From contig OZ287704.1 of assembly GCA_965649825.1 (NCBI GenBank), positions 728,301 to 792,300 of the forward strand: a stretch of 64,000 bases of DNA, in the 5' to 3' direction. This document shows, piece after piece, positions 1 to 12,988 of the stretch. Below the pieces are notes generated by a model. It saw only the letters and a program-made list of their open reading frames with translations. It was not told the DNA's origin and did not search any database. Each line of letters begins with the position of its first letter. The stretch's first letter is position 1. This DNA is from Penicillus capitatus. Its lineage: Eukaryota > Plantae > Chlorophyta. A program made the position numbers and the translations under genes.

Positions 1-612
1 TACCGTGCCGCTTTCGATGCCGTGGACACGAGTGGCAACGGGACCATCGGTTACGATGAGCTTTCTGATCTCCTACAGTTTCTCAATACGTCGCTGTCGG
101 ATGCCAAGATCACAGAACAGATGGTGAAGTACGATATGGACAAATCGGGACAGATTGAGTTCAATGAATTTCTGTTGATGTTCCACAATCAGTTCTTGGA
201 TCTGAAAGAGGTGCTGCAGTATACGAAACGGGCAGATCAGACGCCGCCAGAGAAGGCAGGGTTGATTCGACTGAAGGATGGTGAAGTGACAAAGATTTTC
301 AGAGAGGAGGAGTTTGACGAGATTCTGAATCGTAATCCGCAGAAGCTCGTTGCCGTGTTCGCAGGACTCACCTGGTGTCGACCCTGTCGAGCTATGAACA
401 GGACCTACGAGAAATTTGCCGTACACTATCCAGATGTCATCTTCCTGAAATTCTTCGGAAACGCCAATTCGAGCACGAAGCGTCTCTTTGTGCAGAGGCT
501 CAAGGCCGAGGCGACACCGGCTTTCTTCTTCTTTAAGAACAATGAAATGGTCCATTCGCACACGGGAAAGGACAAAGAGAAGTTTGAACGGTATTTGAGG
601 GAGTATATGTAG
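1..612 (+). CDS. CRX: Calredoxin-like protein (EF-hands + thioredoxin), 5' partial
   Basis: Frame is open from base 1 (YRAAFDAVDTSGNGTIGYDE). Two EF-hand loops (DTSGNGTIGYDE, DMDKSGQIEFNE) precede a thioredoxin fold with WCRPC. TAG stop at 610-612. Confidence 0.8.
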   Translation, partial: YRAAFDAVDTSGNGTIGYDELSDLLQFLNTSLSDAKITEQMVKYDMDKSGQIEFNEFLLMFHNQFLDLKEVLQYTKRADQTPPEKAGLIRLKDGEVTKIFREEEFDEILNRNPQKLVAVFAGLTWCRPCRAMNRTYEKFAVHYPDVIFLKFFGNANSSTKRLFVQRLKAEATPAFFFFKNNEMVHSHTGKDKEKFERYLREYM

Positions 613-613
613 T

Positions 614-618
614 TGTAA
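614..618 (+). promoter_or_regulatory. Chlorophyte-type polyadenylation signal TGTAA
   Basis: TGTAA lies 2 nt after the calredoxin stop. The same pentamer follows ARP6 (20995-20999), BELL (35270-35274), MEX1 (38584-38588) and RPS2 (49105-49109), and overlaps the SnRK2-C stop (52399-52403, minus). Confidence 0.6.
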
Positions 619-1234
619 CCGTACTCGATTCTTTCTTAAGACAAAGTGTGATCGGCAACGTCTGGCGTCATCCCAGAAAGTGTAACTGGATGCTGCTGTG
701 AGAGCTTCTGTATATGCAGGTCATAGAGATGCATACTTGCCTGTGCGTCTCATGCTATACCCATCGAATGAACGATGGTCAAAAGCACATTCGACCTTAC
801 ATCTTGTATCTTACCTTAGATGGTGACCATCATGGGAGAGGGCGCAGTGAAGAAACGCGGCATCTGATCAGTCAGTCGCCTCAAAATCAAAGGAAGAAAG
901 GTGAGAAGGATGCATGCGTGGGCAACAAGTGCTGCTCCTGCGCTACCCCATCACTGACGTGCCTTTCCTATTTCTCACGTACGGTTAGAACACACGTGGG
1001 TGGTTGATGACGTGGTGGAGCTGATCGTATCCTTCCTTTGTGTCGACACAGTACTAAATCCGTTCGCTGTCGTTGTCACTTCTCACCTGGCTATCATATA
1101 CCTCATTGTATTTGCTGTGATATCCTGACGGGACGTGTTGAACTTCGAGGCAGCATAAAATCAACGGCGTATGTCTATTCTACATTCTCAGTTTTTGGAG
1201 CAACTTTCCTGCCATCAGGAAAGTTTGTTGAACT

Positions 1235-4200
1235 ATGGAGCCACCCACAGCGCGACGAGGCGCCCTACTTTGCCTCATCTGTTTTTCTTTTCTCGCGGTA
1301 CTGCTGCCGCAAGCTACAGCAGAAGGTTTCCTTGCTGAAGAGATTCCACTCGAAATCGTTACCGTCACACCGTCGGCTCTTCTCGACGGCGGACGCGTTT
1401 CCGTTGAAGAAAAACAAACAATCACCGTACCCAAACGCACTTCTCTCGGAAAACAGTTGACCTTCGGTTATAATGGCTGCTTAGGCTGTCTTCAGCCGTC
1501 CCGTCATTGCGCTTGGGGCCGATTTCGGCGTCGAAGAATTGCCAGTCAATCTGGTTCCTTTCACGCTGTCGCCCGAAGTTCCCGGACGACTTCGCTGGGT
1601 AACGACCTATATCGCTCGATTCGATACGGACGAAAACTGGCCACTCGATCTTCATGTGACGCTAAAGTGGAATGCCGATCTCACGACATATGACGGTCGT
1701 GCTTCGGACATGTCCCTCGTGTGCTTATGGGCATGTCTACGATGCTGTAGGTGTCAAGCTGCTGCTTCCGAGTGGACCGACGGCACTTTTGAAAACGCCG
1801 TCGAATCGCATGTCCATTGAAGATATCGTCAGTCAGACGGCGAATAATCTTACCAGCAACAACTGGTCGGCATTCGACGGACTGGACTCTGATATTCTTC
1901 CGGAACGTGTTCAGGACGGTGCGCGCCCCGTTCATCTTCATCTACCAATCACTCTTCTATGGTTCTAGGTGTGATTGAACTGAAATTTGATGCGCCAGTG
2001 AATTTGGAAGTGTTGCAGCGGAATCTGAAAGCGAGTACCACAATAGTGGTCGAGGTGTCTAGATAGTGTGGTTGGTGCAGGTACGTCGTTACCTTACCCC
2101 GAACGACAAATCGGTGAAAGAACCGACAACCCTGAGGACATTCGTCAAGACATGTGATCCTGTGCGACCGATCCAAGATGCCGAAGAGAGCACCTGTGCC
2201 AATATCACCATTATCGCCGGACGCGTCCACGATGATACAAGGCACGTCCACATGAACGCGATACACTTAACAAAATTGACGATTCTTTGCTGTAGGTATG
2301 ACGTTTATATGGAGAAAGGCGTCAAGTACAGTGCACATCACGGGGCACTGAGGAAAGAGATGTCGGTGAGTTTTGGAGGCCTGCGCCCATTTAAACTGCC
2401 TTTCTATCTCTCCCGTCGTTCACTATCAACGAAGCTATTCGACATCTGGCTGCCGCACGGAACAGGCGTCGAACAGGATATCTTCGACATTCCCATCGTC
2501 CTGACCGACAGAGAGAACGGAACAGAGGTCGATCCCCGAGACGACCAGACATAATGGTGTGATCGGTATGGACGATAGGTTTTCTTCACAAGAGAAGAGA
2601 TAAGTCCATCTATTATGCGTCTAACAGCCGACGTTCATCCCGGGAAGAAATACAGGTGCATTTGACGATTTCTTTTTGGCGTGTTCATTGTTTGTGCAGG
2701 ATTCAGACGACTAACTCGACGGTGGCGCGAGATGGTTATGGACAGGAATTGGTGGCCACATCATTGAATTTCAAGACACAATCGATTCAAAACAGCTTCA
2801 GTCCCATGAGGTCTCAATATAATAACGAGATCGTTTTCGAGAAGGGGCAGAAATGGGGTTCCAATTTCGTACTGTTTACGAAGGGTGTGGCAAAGAAAAG
2901 GGAATGCAACACACTCAGTTTCTGGCCCATTGAGAATGTCACAGATGCAGCTGTGGTTGCTGTACACGGCTCTACATGGTCGTATGGCCGCAAGTCTATG
3001 GAGGACGCTCTAGGAGAGCCTATCCTGAAGGCAGAACCTTCTTTCGATGATCAACTGGGAAGCATCAACACCTACGACATGGGTCCTTTCATGAACAAGA
3101 CTGGCCTTGTCGCCGTCCAGCAGTGCAAAAAAAGAAGGTTCCCAAGCAGCAGTATCTCCCATATCGATCTGACAAATTCTGTGTGTTATATAGCTTTGGA
3201 TACAGATATAATTCTCTCTTGTCCGAGACAGACATCGCCGTTGCAGTCTTAACGTTCGAAATGAGAGAGGATGGACCATCTGCGTTCGCTTTTGTGACGG
3301 ACATGGCAACGGGGAAGCCCGTCAGCGATGCGTTTATTTCACCCTTTAAGGAAATCAGCAAAACTCTTGGTGTTCGTCAACTTGGCCCTCGTGTCAAGAC
3401 GAACGCCAGAGGAGTTGCACGGTTCACCATGGAGAGAACCTGGAATTCGAAAGTGGTTGTCGTCGAAGTGGACAGCCGTCTGACAGTTGTGCGTGACATC
3501 CGAGTCAACTGGATCAGAAGGGATACCATCTCTGATTTCTTGTATTTCGATAGAAAGCTGCTTCAGCCGAATGAGACGCTCTATGTGAAAGGCAAGGATA
3601 TTTTTCGCCCTTTCTTACACATCCTGTTCCATCCTGTGCAGGTTACATTCGCGAGAAGAACAAAACCGAATTCTCCGTTCGTGACAATCTCAATTTTCGA
3701 ATGGAAATTTACCCTCGCTTCGACAATGGCCCTAGAGCTATTAAAATCCCGCTGAATGTGTCTGGAGAGTATGGCAGTTTTGAGGCGAATGTGAAGATTC
3801 CAGAAGATGCCACATTGACGGAGTACTCCATTAGTGTCTCTCGCCACCAAAAATACGGCTCTTATCGCGGACGCAGCAAGAGCTTCACCGTCGGCGTTCC
3901 GAGAACACCGACTGTCGAGCTTGGAGTGAAGGCACCGAGGTGGGTTTCTCCAACTGGGGAAGCGTCTGTCACTGTCAAATCAGAAAGCTTCCTCGGTGCC
4001 TCTCTTGGCAATCAAGAGATTACAGTGGAGTGGAGTCTGTACTATGAAGCCGATGGCAAGGAGGTGGATCTCGATGAAACCGAAACCATCATCACGGACA
4101 ACAGTGGCACGGCTATCTTCACTTTAGACCTCTCCAAACTCCAACACGTTCCTCCAGTAGACAGTCGGATCTACTTTACCATACGTTGGGTTGGACCCAC

Positions 4201-7200
4201 CGGAGAGCTCATCGAAGAGACAGCGAACACAGAGATAGCGTGGGAAGATCTCTTCATCGCGCTGAGACGAACGGTATGGACAGAAGTGCCTCAGCAGCCG
4301 TTTGGTGTGTGGGTCGAACTGTCAGATCTAGACGGTGATGCTCTTCCAAAGGGAACGTACAAAGAAGCACAGATATACTTGAAGCAAGTGGCAGACGATG
4401 CCTTTTATGACGAGATGGATCGAGGATCTCTGGATGCAGCCGTCATTGAGACATGCACCTACCGATTCCATCACTCCGACCCCTGCCAGTTTAAGCTTCC
4501 GTCTATGAACGTTTTTGTCTTGGAAGCATGTATTACGCTCGAGCGTTTTGCTCTCTGTCGCCGGATTTCACTCGGCAGGCCAGAGACCAATTGGTCTGTT
4601 CGTCCATTGACGTCCTTCCTGCCGATGGGTATCTACACTGTCGATCAAAGTGCCTACAAAGCTGGAGACCCTTATGAAATCTTTTTCGACAATCCCTACG
4701 AGAATGCACACGCGATAATCGTGTGGGGCAACACAGAAGGCGTCCAGTATCGTGTCGAGAATCTCCCAGATCATCAGAGATCTTCTGTCGTTATCGAACT
4801 AGACGAAGTGTGCGAATACGGATGCTCCTTTGCAGCATCTGTGTCCATTCCACGCCAAACGACCGGTCTTGCCACGATGCTCACCGTTCCGATTTCCAAA
4901 CTACATGATCCAGCTATGCCACATACTGAATTCTGGCAATCCGACGTCCGTCTCGAACCCACCGAAGACAAAGACATTCAAATCGGTCTCAGCTTCCCTA
5001 AGGCCACTTCAGGCGACGTAGACGTTTTGCCACCTGGAGTAGTGACACGATTGGATGTCACTGTCGACCAGGACATGCCGACTGAAGTGACTGTTGTCAT
5101 AGTGGACAAAGCCATCCTCGAACTGATATCGAATCCTCTGCCTCGGATATCCGATTCCTTCGTGATTGACGCACTGTATAGATCTACCCACCAAACATCG
5201 ATCGACTACATGATATCACCTGGAGCGATTCAGGCGCTGTTAGAGAACTTCTCTGAGAAGAAGAAGATCAATGCTTGGTTTAACATCCACTCTGATGTAA
5301 GCCTTCAGTATAGTTTTGTCATCTGAAGCTGTGTTCTGTGGTACAGCTGCACAGGACTTCCTCTTCTTATGATATAGACGCCACGATAGATGCCTATCTT
5401 GAACAGCTGTCGCAGTACATCACCGTCCATCCTGTCAACGATTACGAACCCTCCTACGGGTATGGTTTATAAAGTCATCCAGACGATATGGAACCACAAT
5501 GCCAAATGTATCCGGACTAGGGTGACTTATGGAAGTGGGTACGCATACTACGACACTGAAGATATTTATGCATCCTTTACTACAGCAGAATTTGATCTAG
5601 AAGTTGGCGTAGAAGCTTATGAGGAAGCGACTATTCAAGCTCGTTCAGTAATAGCTTCTGCCAGACGAGAAGAAAAACCTCCCGCTCCGGTTGTCATCGG
5701 CGATGTGCGCTTAGAGTCGGAGTTCAGACCAAATGTCCTTTTCCATACTGAGATCGCCGAGGAAGGAAAGCTGTCCATCGAATTTGACACCCCGATCAAC
5801 TTGGGAACATTCGTCGTTCGTGCCCTTGCAGCATCCAACGAATCTGTTTTTGGAAGTGCAGAGACAGAGGTCGTCATAAGAAGAGACATCTCGGTCACAC
5901 CCTCTGTACCGAGATTCGTCCGTGTCAATGATGATTTCGACGCCGGTATTGTCGTGACGAACACAGGATCTCCAAAAGAGAAGATAACTGTCAGCGTCGA
6001 CACCGAAGGCCCCTTGCTTGTCATCGGTCGTCACGAGATCAGTGTTCGCACCGGCCAAGACAAACAAGAGTCTGTGCGGTTTCAATTCCGAGCTCAGAAA
6101 CTGGGCAATGCGACATTGACTTTCACAGCCGTCGACAAGCACGGCAATCGTGATGGTGTTCAAGTCTCGCTCCCCATTGAGGGACCACAGGAGTCTGTCG
6201 TCGTCGCAACATCTTTCGTTCTCGCAGCATCCGACACTCGATCCGGTACATCTCAAGAAGGACTCGATCTTCCAGAAGCCGTTCCTGGTAGCGGGACGAT
6301 CGAAATGACGGCAGGCGTTGGTCAGCAGCCAGCCGTTCTGAGCCTTGCCGAACAGCTGATCAAGCGAGATCCCGGTGTAACCTGTCCTTACACAGGTGGA
6401 TATCTCCTCAGTATCACTCTCATTCCGGCTATCATCAATCCCTATTCTCCCTGGGGAGAAGCATCTGGTCAGGAGGCGTTGACGAAGATGGTGATCGATG
6501 CCTTTCAAGTGGCGACGGATTTAATCTCTGTTGGCAAGGACAAAATGACACGTTCGTATCTTGGTCTGCTGCATTACCTTCCCTGTCCTCAACACAGATC
6601 ACAGTTTACACCGTCTCTAACGCTCCGGGACAACACAGAAGCTGTGTGGCTCTTCGATCAAGTTCAAGACCAGTACACGGATCACCCAGTGAAGATTGTG
6701 CGTCAGAAGATCGAGGATTTGGAAACGGCCAGAAAGGTGTGGGGCAAAGCAGCAGAGCGGCTCTGTGTGGAAGAGGCTAAAGACTCTCGAAAAAAGCTGG
6801 AGTTTCCTCTCGATCTGCACTCGGTTGCCCGGTGCCGCGCGGCACTGGGAACATCGTGGGAACCGGGCACCAATGTCCCCGATCAGATTCGGAAGGACCT
6901 TTCGATGAGTCGTCTGGAGAACAGTTTTAGTCGCATGGGATTGGAAGCCCAGGCATTGTACATTCTCACTCGCCTTAAAGCAACACCAGAGCATCCCGAC
7001 ATTGCCAAAGCAGTCCGAGAATGGACTGGTCTCTATCGAGTGACCGGCAGAACCGCCTACATCTCAGCTTATGAAGGAGCAGCCACTCCTGCCAGTATTC
7101 TGGCGAATGCCCTTATTCTGATGGCCATGACACGCGTCGGCGAGATTGGACAGCTGCTGCCCAAGCTTGCCACCTACGTTGCAGCTCCAGTGGGCGACTA

Positions 7201-8156
7201 CTATGGCTTTAGCTACTTCGGCAATTACGATATGGCTGTTGCCATGACTGCCCTCGTCGTCTACGACGATTCTCGAAACAACACGCAGCCAGATATCGAT
7301 TTCGAAGCCTTCAGTGGAGACGTCACACTTTTAGAGGTATCTGCCGTCAATGCATATATATCGTCATGCATTCTCACTCTTTCTGCAGGAAACTTTCGAT
7401 GAAGACTCATCGGCTATCGCCCAATCCACGACAGACTGGGATACCCTGGGCGATGAACCTGCCCCCATCAATTTTCGTGTGCAAGGATCTGGTGAAGTCA
7501 GTGTGGCCGTCGCACTCAATTTCATCCCAGCGGAAATTCTCCCCTTCCCTTCTTACAGAGGAATCTTCGTCCAGCGTTCCATACAGTTGGCAGATGACGC
7601 CGAAAACGGCGATTCTCTCTTGGCGGTCCCCCACGGAAGTATCGTCTTCGTCAAGGTGCAGTTCATGACACCAGATAGCCTGCAAGGAACGATCGTACGG
7701 GTTCTGATGCCTGCTGGACTGGAGCCTCTCGATCCAAACATCTTCGATGGCCCATCGCAATGTCCTGTGCCTTTTTTCGGATCCCTATCATTCTACTATC
7801 CGTTCCCATGCCCGTTCCAACAGACCCGACCCGAAGTGGTATCATTCGAGTTCGATTCCGTCCGTGCCGGGACACACTCCGTCGTTTTCAGAGCAGTCGC
7901 CGTGACAAGAGGTCACTTCACATTGCCGCCCACTCGCGTCTTTGTCAGAGATCAACCTGAGGTCATGGGACTCAGCAGTGCCGGTAGTTTCGAAGTGTGT
8001 GACGATGACTGCGATCCAGTCTTCGACAAGGAGTCGATCGAGGCTAAGAGCTGCCCGGATGACTGCAATGGCAATGGATCGTGCAATGTGAAGGAAGGCG
8101 CGTGTGTTTGCTTCAGGGGCTTCTATGGCAAAACCTGCAATCAGACGGCGTCATGA
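1235..8156 (+). CDS. Secreted bacterial-type alpha-2-macroglobulin-like protein with C-terminal EGF domain (about 2100 aa, 13 exons)
   Basis: Signal peptide ...FLAVLLPQATA. Ig-like ITAVFSRPVIALG, MG2-like LYFDRKLLQPNETLYVKG..GEYGSFEANVKIP, A2M-like EFRPNVLF..SVTPSVPRFVRVND, MG10-like LMPAGLEPLD..AVAVTRGHFTLPP, EGF CPDDCNGNGSC..CVCFRGFYGKTC. Introns 1427-1484, 1696-1750, 1919-1968, 2031-2080, 2242-2295, 2528-2578, 2656-2699, ~3181-3227, 3592-3641, ~5297-5348, ~5460-5520, ~7338-7389 join the ORF fragments in frame. Confidence 0.85.
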
Positions 8157-9103
8157 ATGGACCTCAAGCAAAGCTGTTGACCATCAGGCCGCGATGGAAA
8201 CGGCCAAATGTTTTATTGCAAGGCCAGTACGTCTCTATACAAATGTCTGATTTCTGCTGAAACGTCTTCTGCTGTTTAATGGATCTCTCATTGTTATCTC
8301 TGTTATGCACGCTCCATTTAACAGCATGTCTGAGATGACGGCATCCGTTTGTCGATCGATGTGGAGGTGGTGGTGATGTCGATGCATGCATGAAGTTGCA
8401 TGGCGTTTTCGAAACTGCTTTCCGCCGCCACGCAGCTACGGTCACGTTGTCCTGCCGCCTGGTAGCTTCTGCGTCGTAACCTAACTGTGGGCAACGAACC
8501 GCGGCTCCTGTCACATCAGTATAATGAAAAATGACGTCTTCGGCGTGCCGTTTCTGATCGAGAGAGCAATGTCGGTCCTCTTGATCACCGTTTCGCTTGT
8601 CGACGGCGCGTTTCGAGCAGGCATAGATATAAGCAGAAGTCATAGGATATTTGTTCAGAATGTGATGAATGCTAGAGAAATGCGAACATCTGCACATAAG
8701 CCACGGACTTCAGCTGTTCCTGTGCATCAGAGCATCGATACAATCAATCTTCCTTCCTCTTTCCAAAATCGTCGTAGGACACGCCAAACATGTACAAACC
8801 AAATCCAAGATAACGTAAACTATAACACCGCTCCAGTACGTACGGTATGCACGGCTTTGCAACCACTTAAACGGATTCGGCGAAGAATCACAAAACAAAG
8901 TCCAAGAGCTTTCGACGTCATACGGTAACGTCAACCATACCCAAAGCAAGCGGCTATGACCAATTACTGCACATAGGCAATCATTCGACAGAAAGAATGG
9001 TACGACAGACAGAGGTCAGTCAACATCAAATAGGTGTGTGTATGGTATGTACCAGAGGTAAGGATGGGAGATTATTATAAAGACGTAAAGCGAAAAATGT
9101 CAG

Positions 9104-10139
9104 TCACAGATGATCTGAAGCCAGCCAGGGATGGCACAAAAGACTTGAAGCCGTGGCCCTGTCATTGGGGTCTTTCTGAAAGATCTTAGAAAGAAAATCC
9201 AATCCCTCGGCAGAGACCTGCCCCGAGGTTTCCAGTTGCTGAAGTGGTGTGGAGAGACACGCTCCGGAGAAATGCTCTTCATGGGCACGCATCATCTTCT
9301 CCGGAGATTCGGACACAAATGGCAGCATCCCTGTAAGTGCCTCCACCAACACAGCACCCAGACTCCACACATCAATCTTCTCGTTGTAACTTGGAAGATC
9401 CATTTCGCCCACTCCTTGGCTCAGTACAACACGAAAGATTTCTTCCGGGGTGGGTTTGGTGACAACTTCGGGTGCCATATAGGACAGTGTGCCTTCTCTG
9501 TCCGTAAATGTATCGCGACCAATCACACCGGCGACATAGAAGTCACAGAGGTGCGCCTTGCATTGGTCATCAAAAAGAATGTGCTCAGGTTTGATGTCTC
9601 GATGCACCAATCCGGATGCATGGAGATTTGAAAGAATCTTGATCAGGGGACGTGCCACATATTTTACGCACTCTTTTTCGGTTAAGACGCCGCCTCGATC
9701 ATCCATGAATGCCATTAATGACCCCATCGAGCATTCTTTGAGTTTCAATAGGATCAGGCGGTCGTCTTCGAACACGTCCAGAAATTCCACCGTTCCATAC
9801 CTAAGGCAGCACCCACGATCGACTCCAGACTTCATGCGCAAAGACTGGTGTACACACTTGCTGCCGGTTCTAAGAATGTCAATCTCTTTAGCGACATCGT
9901 CCAATTGGCTGGGACTCAGCTGTCGTTTCTCATAGAGTTTAAAAATCACCGCCTTGTACGTGGTTTTCTCTTCAGCCTTTAGGATACGTGCATGACTACA
10001 GCACACATATTCCTCTATATCTTCTCGATGTCCATCACAAATGCACGCACCTCCCACGATGCAGAGTTCGGAAGTTCGTGTATCCTTTCAGGAGACTCGC
10101 CAGCGGATAGGAGGGATTCGTGAATATATCGAACGACAT
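9104..10139 (-). CDS. Aurora-like Ser/Thr protein kinase
   Basis: ATG 10139; intron 9996-10050 gives TLHRGSHARILKA, and a second in-frame 57-nt intron is likely. Motifs VIFKLY, VHRDIKPEH, LCDFYVAG, GTLSYMAPE, DVWSLG. Confidence 0.75.
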
Positions 10140-10838
10140 ACGGTATACCGTGTTTGGACCGATGTCTAAAGAATAGCTCGTCGTTGTTAAATCAATAGCA
10201 GACCGACGACCGCCGCGTGACCTTATTACATCTGTTTCTTCCGCCCTGCACAAACATACGCATCTAGGGCTTTGCAACGAAGCGCCCGCTTACGTTTCTC
10301 GTGTTTCGGCGACGTCGAATACGCAGCTTTCAAACGGCTCGAGCTTTGTCGCCGGGGTTGTGGTAGGTCGTGCGGCAAAGCTCAGAGCAGAACCTGCGCT
10401 GCTGTCTCGCACGCGAGAGCCAAAGAATCGTAGCCAGAACATCGATAGCAAGAACGATGGGTAAATGACGCAAAGATCTGAGTATCAGCGCCGTTCCTTC
10501 AGGCGCAAAAAATCGAGTCGCAATCACCGGGACGAATAGTGACGGGTGGACATACCTTTGTCTTGAAGAATGGCGACGCGACAAGAATTTTAAAACAAAG
10601 TGTCAGAGCGCGCTTAAAAAGGAGAAGATTGCGTGGTTGTAGACGTTGACAGAGAAAAGGTAAGTCATCAAATCAACCGTATTGTACGGGTCGATGTGTC
10701 CTCGACGGCATTTCTTGGTAAGACGACATCGAGGCATATCGTGAAGTCGATCGTGAACGTCAGCGATCGATCGTACGTTTGACGAACGGCCTGCTGTATG
10801 CGAGGCATATGATTCAGAAGAGCTGAAACGAAGCAACG

Positions 10839-12988
10839 ATGAATGGCGGCGGAGTGGTGACTCGCGGCATACGGCAACCGCTGTCTCGACCGACGGGCGT
10901 TTCGGGACGACTGCATCGACGAGGCAGCGAAAACGCAATGGTGCTGTCTTCCCGCGATCGGTGAGAGAGCTCTCGATACGATATTCGACACCGATCATCT
11001 GCTGTGGCAGAGAGATGCCATGGTCGAGGCGCTGCACCCGAGTGAGGACACTAGTGGAGACCGATATCGCATCGGAAACGCAGTAGTGACGCACATCTTC
11101 AAGATGAAAGAAGCGTGAGATGTCTGGCAGAGATATGCGAGATGGGAGCGCGAAGTATTTGGGGAAGAAGGCAGTCGTTGTGGGTGCTGGGCCAGCTGGC
11201 GGAATCGCAGCAGCCTTTTTAGCCAAAGAAGGATTTGATGTGACGGTTTGGAAGAACCTCGAGTATCTATGTTCAAGAGACAGATTGGATGGATGGATCT
11301 CTAGGTCTTTGAACAGAGAGGTGACCCATCCGTCACATCATGTCCTAGTCATCGCAGCAACCTTATCCTCTTACGTTCAAGAACGGCAGATGTCATGCGG
11401 GAGGTCGGCGTCGAGATGCCTTCCGAACCCGGTGTCTTCTACAAAGACATGCATCTCTACTTAGGTCCTCTCTTCTGGCAGGGATGGATGTTCATATGTG
11501 ATGATGCCACAGGGACGACGATTCTGTTGAAGGGTCGTAAGATGACGGTGGAATCGATGATGGATCCCAACAGACCTGGGTTTCAAGCAGAGCGTGGCAG
11601 CATCACCGTGGCAATTCTGGATTCTGTTCGACGTCGCTATGCGGAGCACATCGCTTTTCATTTCAACCACCGATGCACCGTACAGATGTCGGTGTACAGG
11701 GTCCGGCGTGAGAGTGCTGTTTTGTCAGGGCGTTGCGTTTGATGAACAGAGAGTGATGTTTGAAGATGATCATGGAAAGCATGTCTCAGCATCGTACGAT
11801 TTGCTCATTGCTGCGGACGGTGTACACTCACAGATCCGCCAAGGACTTCAGCAATTTGACGCGACACTTGATGTACGTGCGTATGAGAGCACACGTGGCT
11901 ACAAGTCCTTACGAAACCTTGGCGTTCTCAATGACAAAGGTGTGACCTTTGATATCATGCATTTGGGCATATTAGTTAGCGTATATGTTGGCAGATCCAT
12001 TCATGAAAATGGTGAAGCCAGGTTGGCATGTGTTAGTTCCGCCAAAGAACACACGTTACACAACGCCACAGTCTAAGGGTGCTTATCTCTCACTCTACCA
12101 GTTGGACAATGGAGCTGTCCATGGATTGCTGGTTGCTGCCTCGTTGTTTTTTGAAGAGATCAAGGGCCACGAAAAGGAATGGGCAGAAGCTGCACTGCCG
12201 CCAGATTTTCCTACGGTACCCACTGGCCACGATGCCTGCGATCAGCACATAACGCAGTGCAGGAATGGAAGGATCGAATCAGCAAACAGCTCATCGACAT
12301 TCCCTACACACGCATCTCGACAGTTCATATGGTGTCCAAGCTTTGTGGACCGAGAACGATTCTCTTGGGCGATTCAGGTCACAGTGTGACACCTAGCCTC
12401 TCCATTGGGTACTCATGCACTTTGCCTGGACATTGCCCTGCAGAATCCGTCTGTTATGAGGGCGAATATGGCCATTACAGATGGCAAGGCACTGCACAGG
12501 GCATTAGAGACAGCAGACGGTGATCCGGATGCCGTGGCTCAAATCTTTAACAGTCAGCGAAGAGAAGACATCCGACATCAACAACACCTACAAATGGCGC
12601 GTGCTGTTGTGCCGATCGATGGCAGGAGATGTTGTTCGGTGCAGGTCCTGTCGAGTTTTGGAGTAGAGTTGCCACAAAAGTATCGAGTACTGCGATCGCT
12701 GGCAAAAATCCACACGATCTTCTGCACCCTTGGACACTTGATTGCACCCTGGCTGATTCCGATGCAAGTGGCCCATCGCTTCCAGTATGAGTTGGTGACG
12801 GCCAAGCAGGCACTCAACATTCTGAAACGGGATGCCCTAATCCTTGCAAGTACGACTGCTATCACATTCTCTTCTCGGTATGAGGCTTGCCATATCTAGC
12901 GGCTCTACTGACAGCTCTCTTCTTCTTTGTCAAACGTGTTTTGCTACCAGTCCTCAAGAATGCCTTACCCCGTTTTTGGATGGGATGA
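10839..12988 (+). CDS. FAD-dependent monooxygenase (kynurenine 3-monooxygenase-like family)
   Basis: Rossmann VVVGAGPAGG..GFDVTVFE, DLLIAADGVHSQIR, and LLGDSGHSVTPSLSIG/ANMAITD. About 10 short introns. N-terminus looks like a transit peptide and the C-terminus is a hydrophobic helix. The two 5' exons are less certain. Confidence 0.75.

Noticed and set aside
2519-2578. Apparent GA-AG intron in the A2M gene
   Set aside because: Re-reading across the line break shows a canonical GT-AG intron 2528-2578 in phase 0.
8164-9100. ORFs of 134-177 aa between A2M and the Aurora-like kinase
   Set aside because: No motifs or convincing splice structure, consistent with convergent 3' regions.
10330-11226. 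Minus-strand ORFs including 10603-11226 (207 aa)
   Set aside because: They overlap the 5' exons of the monooxygenase in antisense and have no recognisable features.
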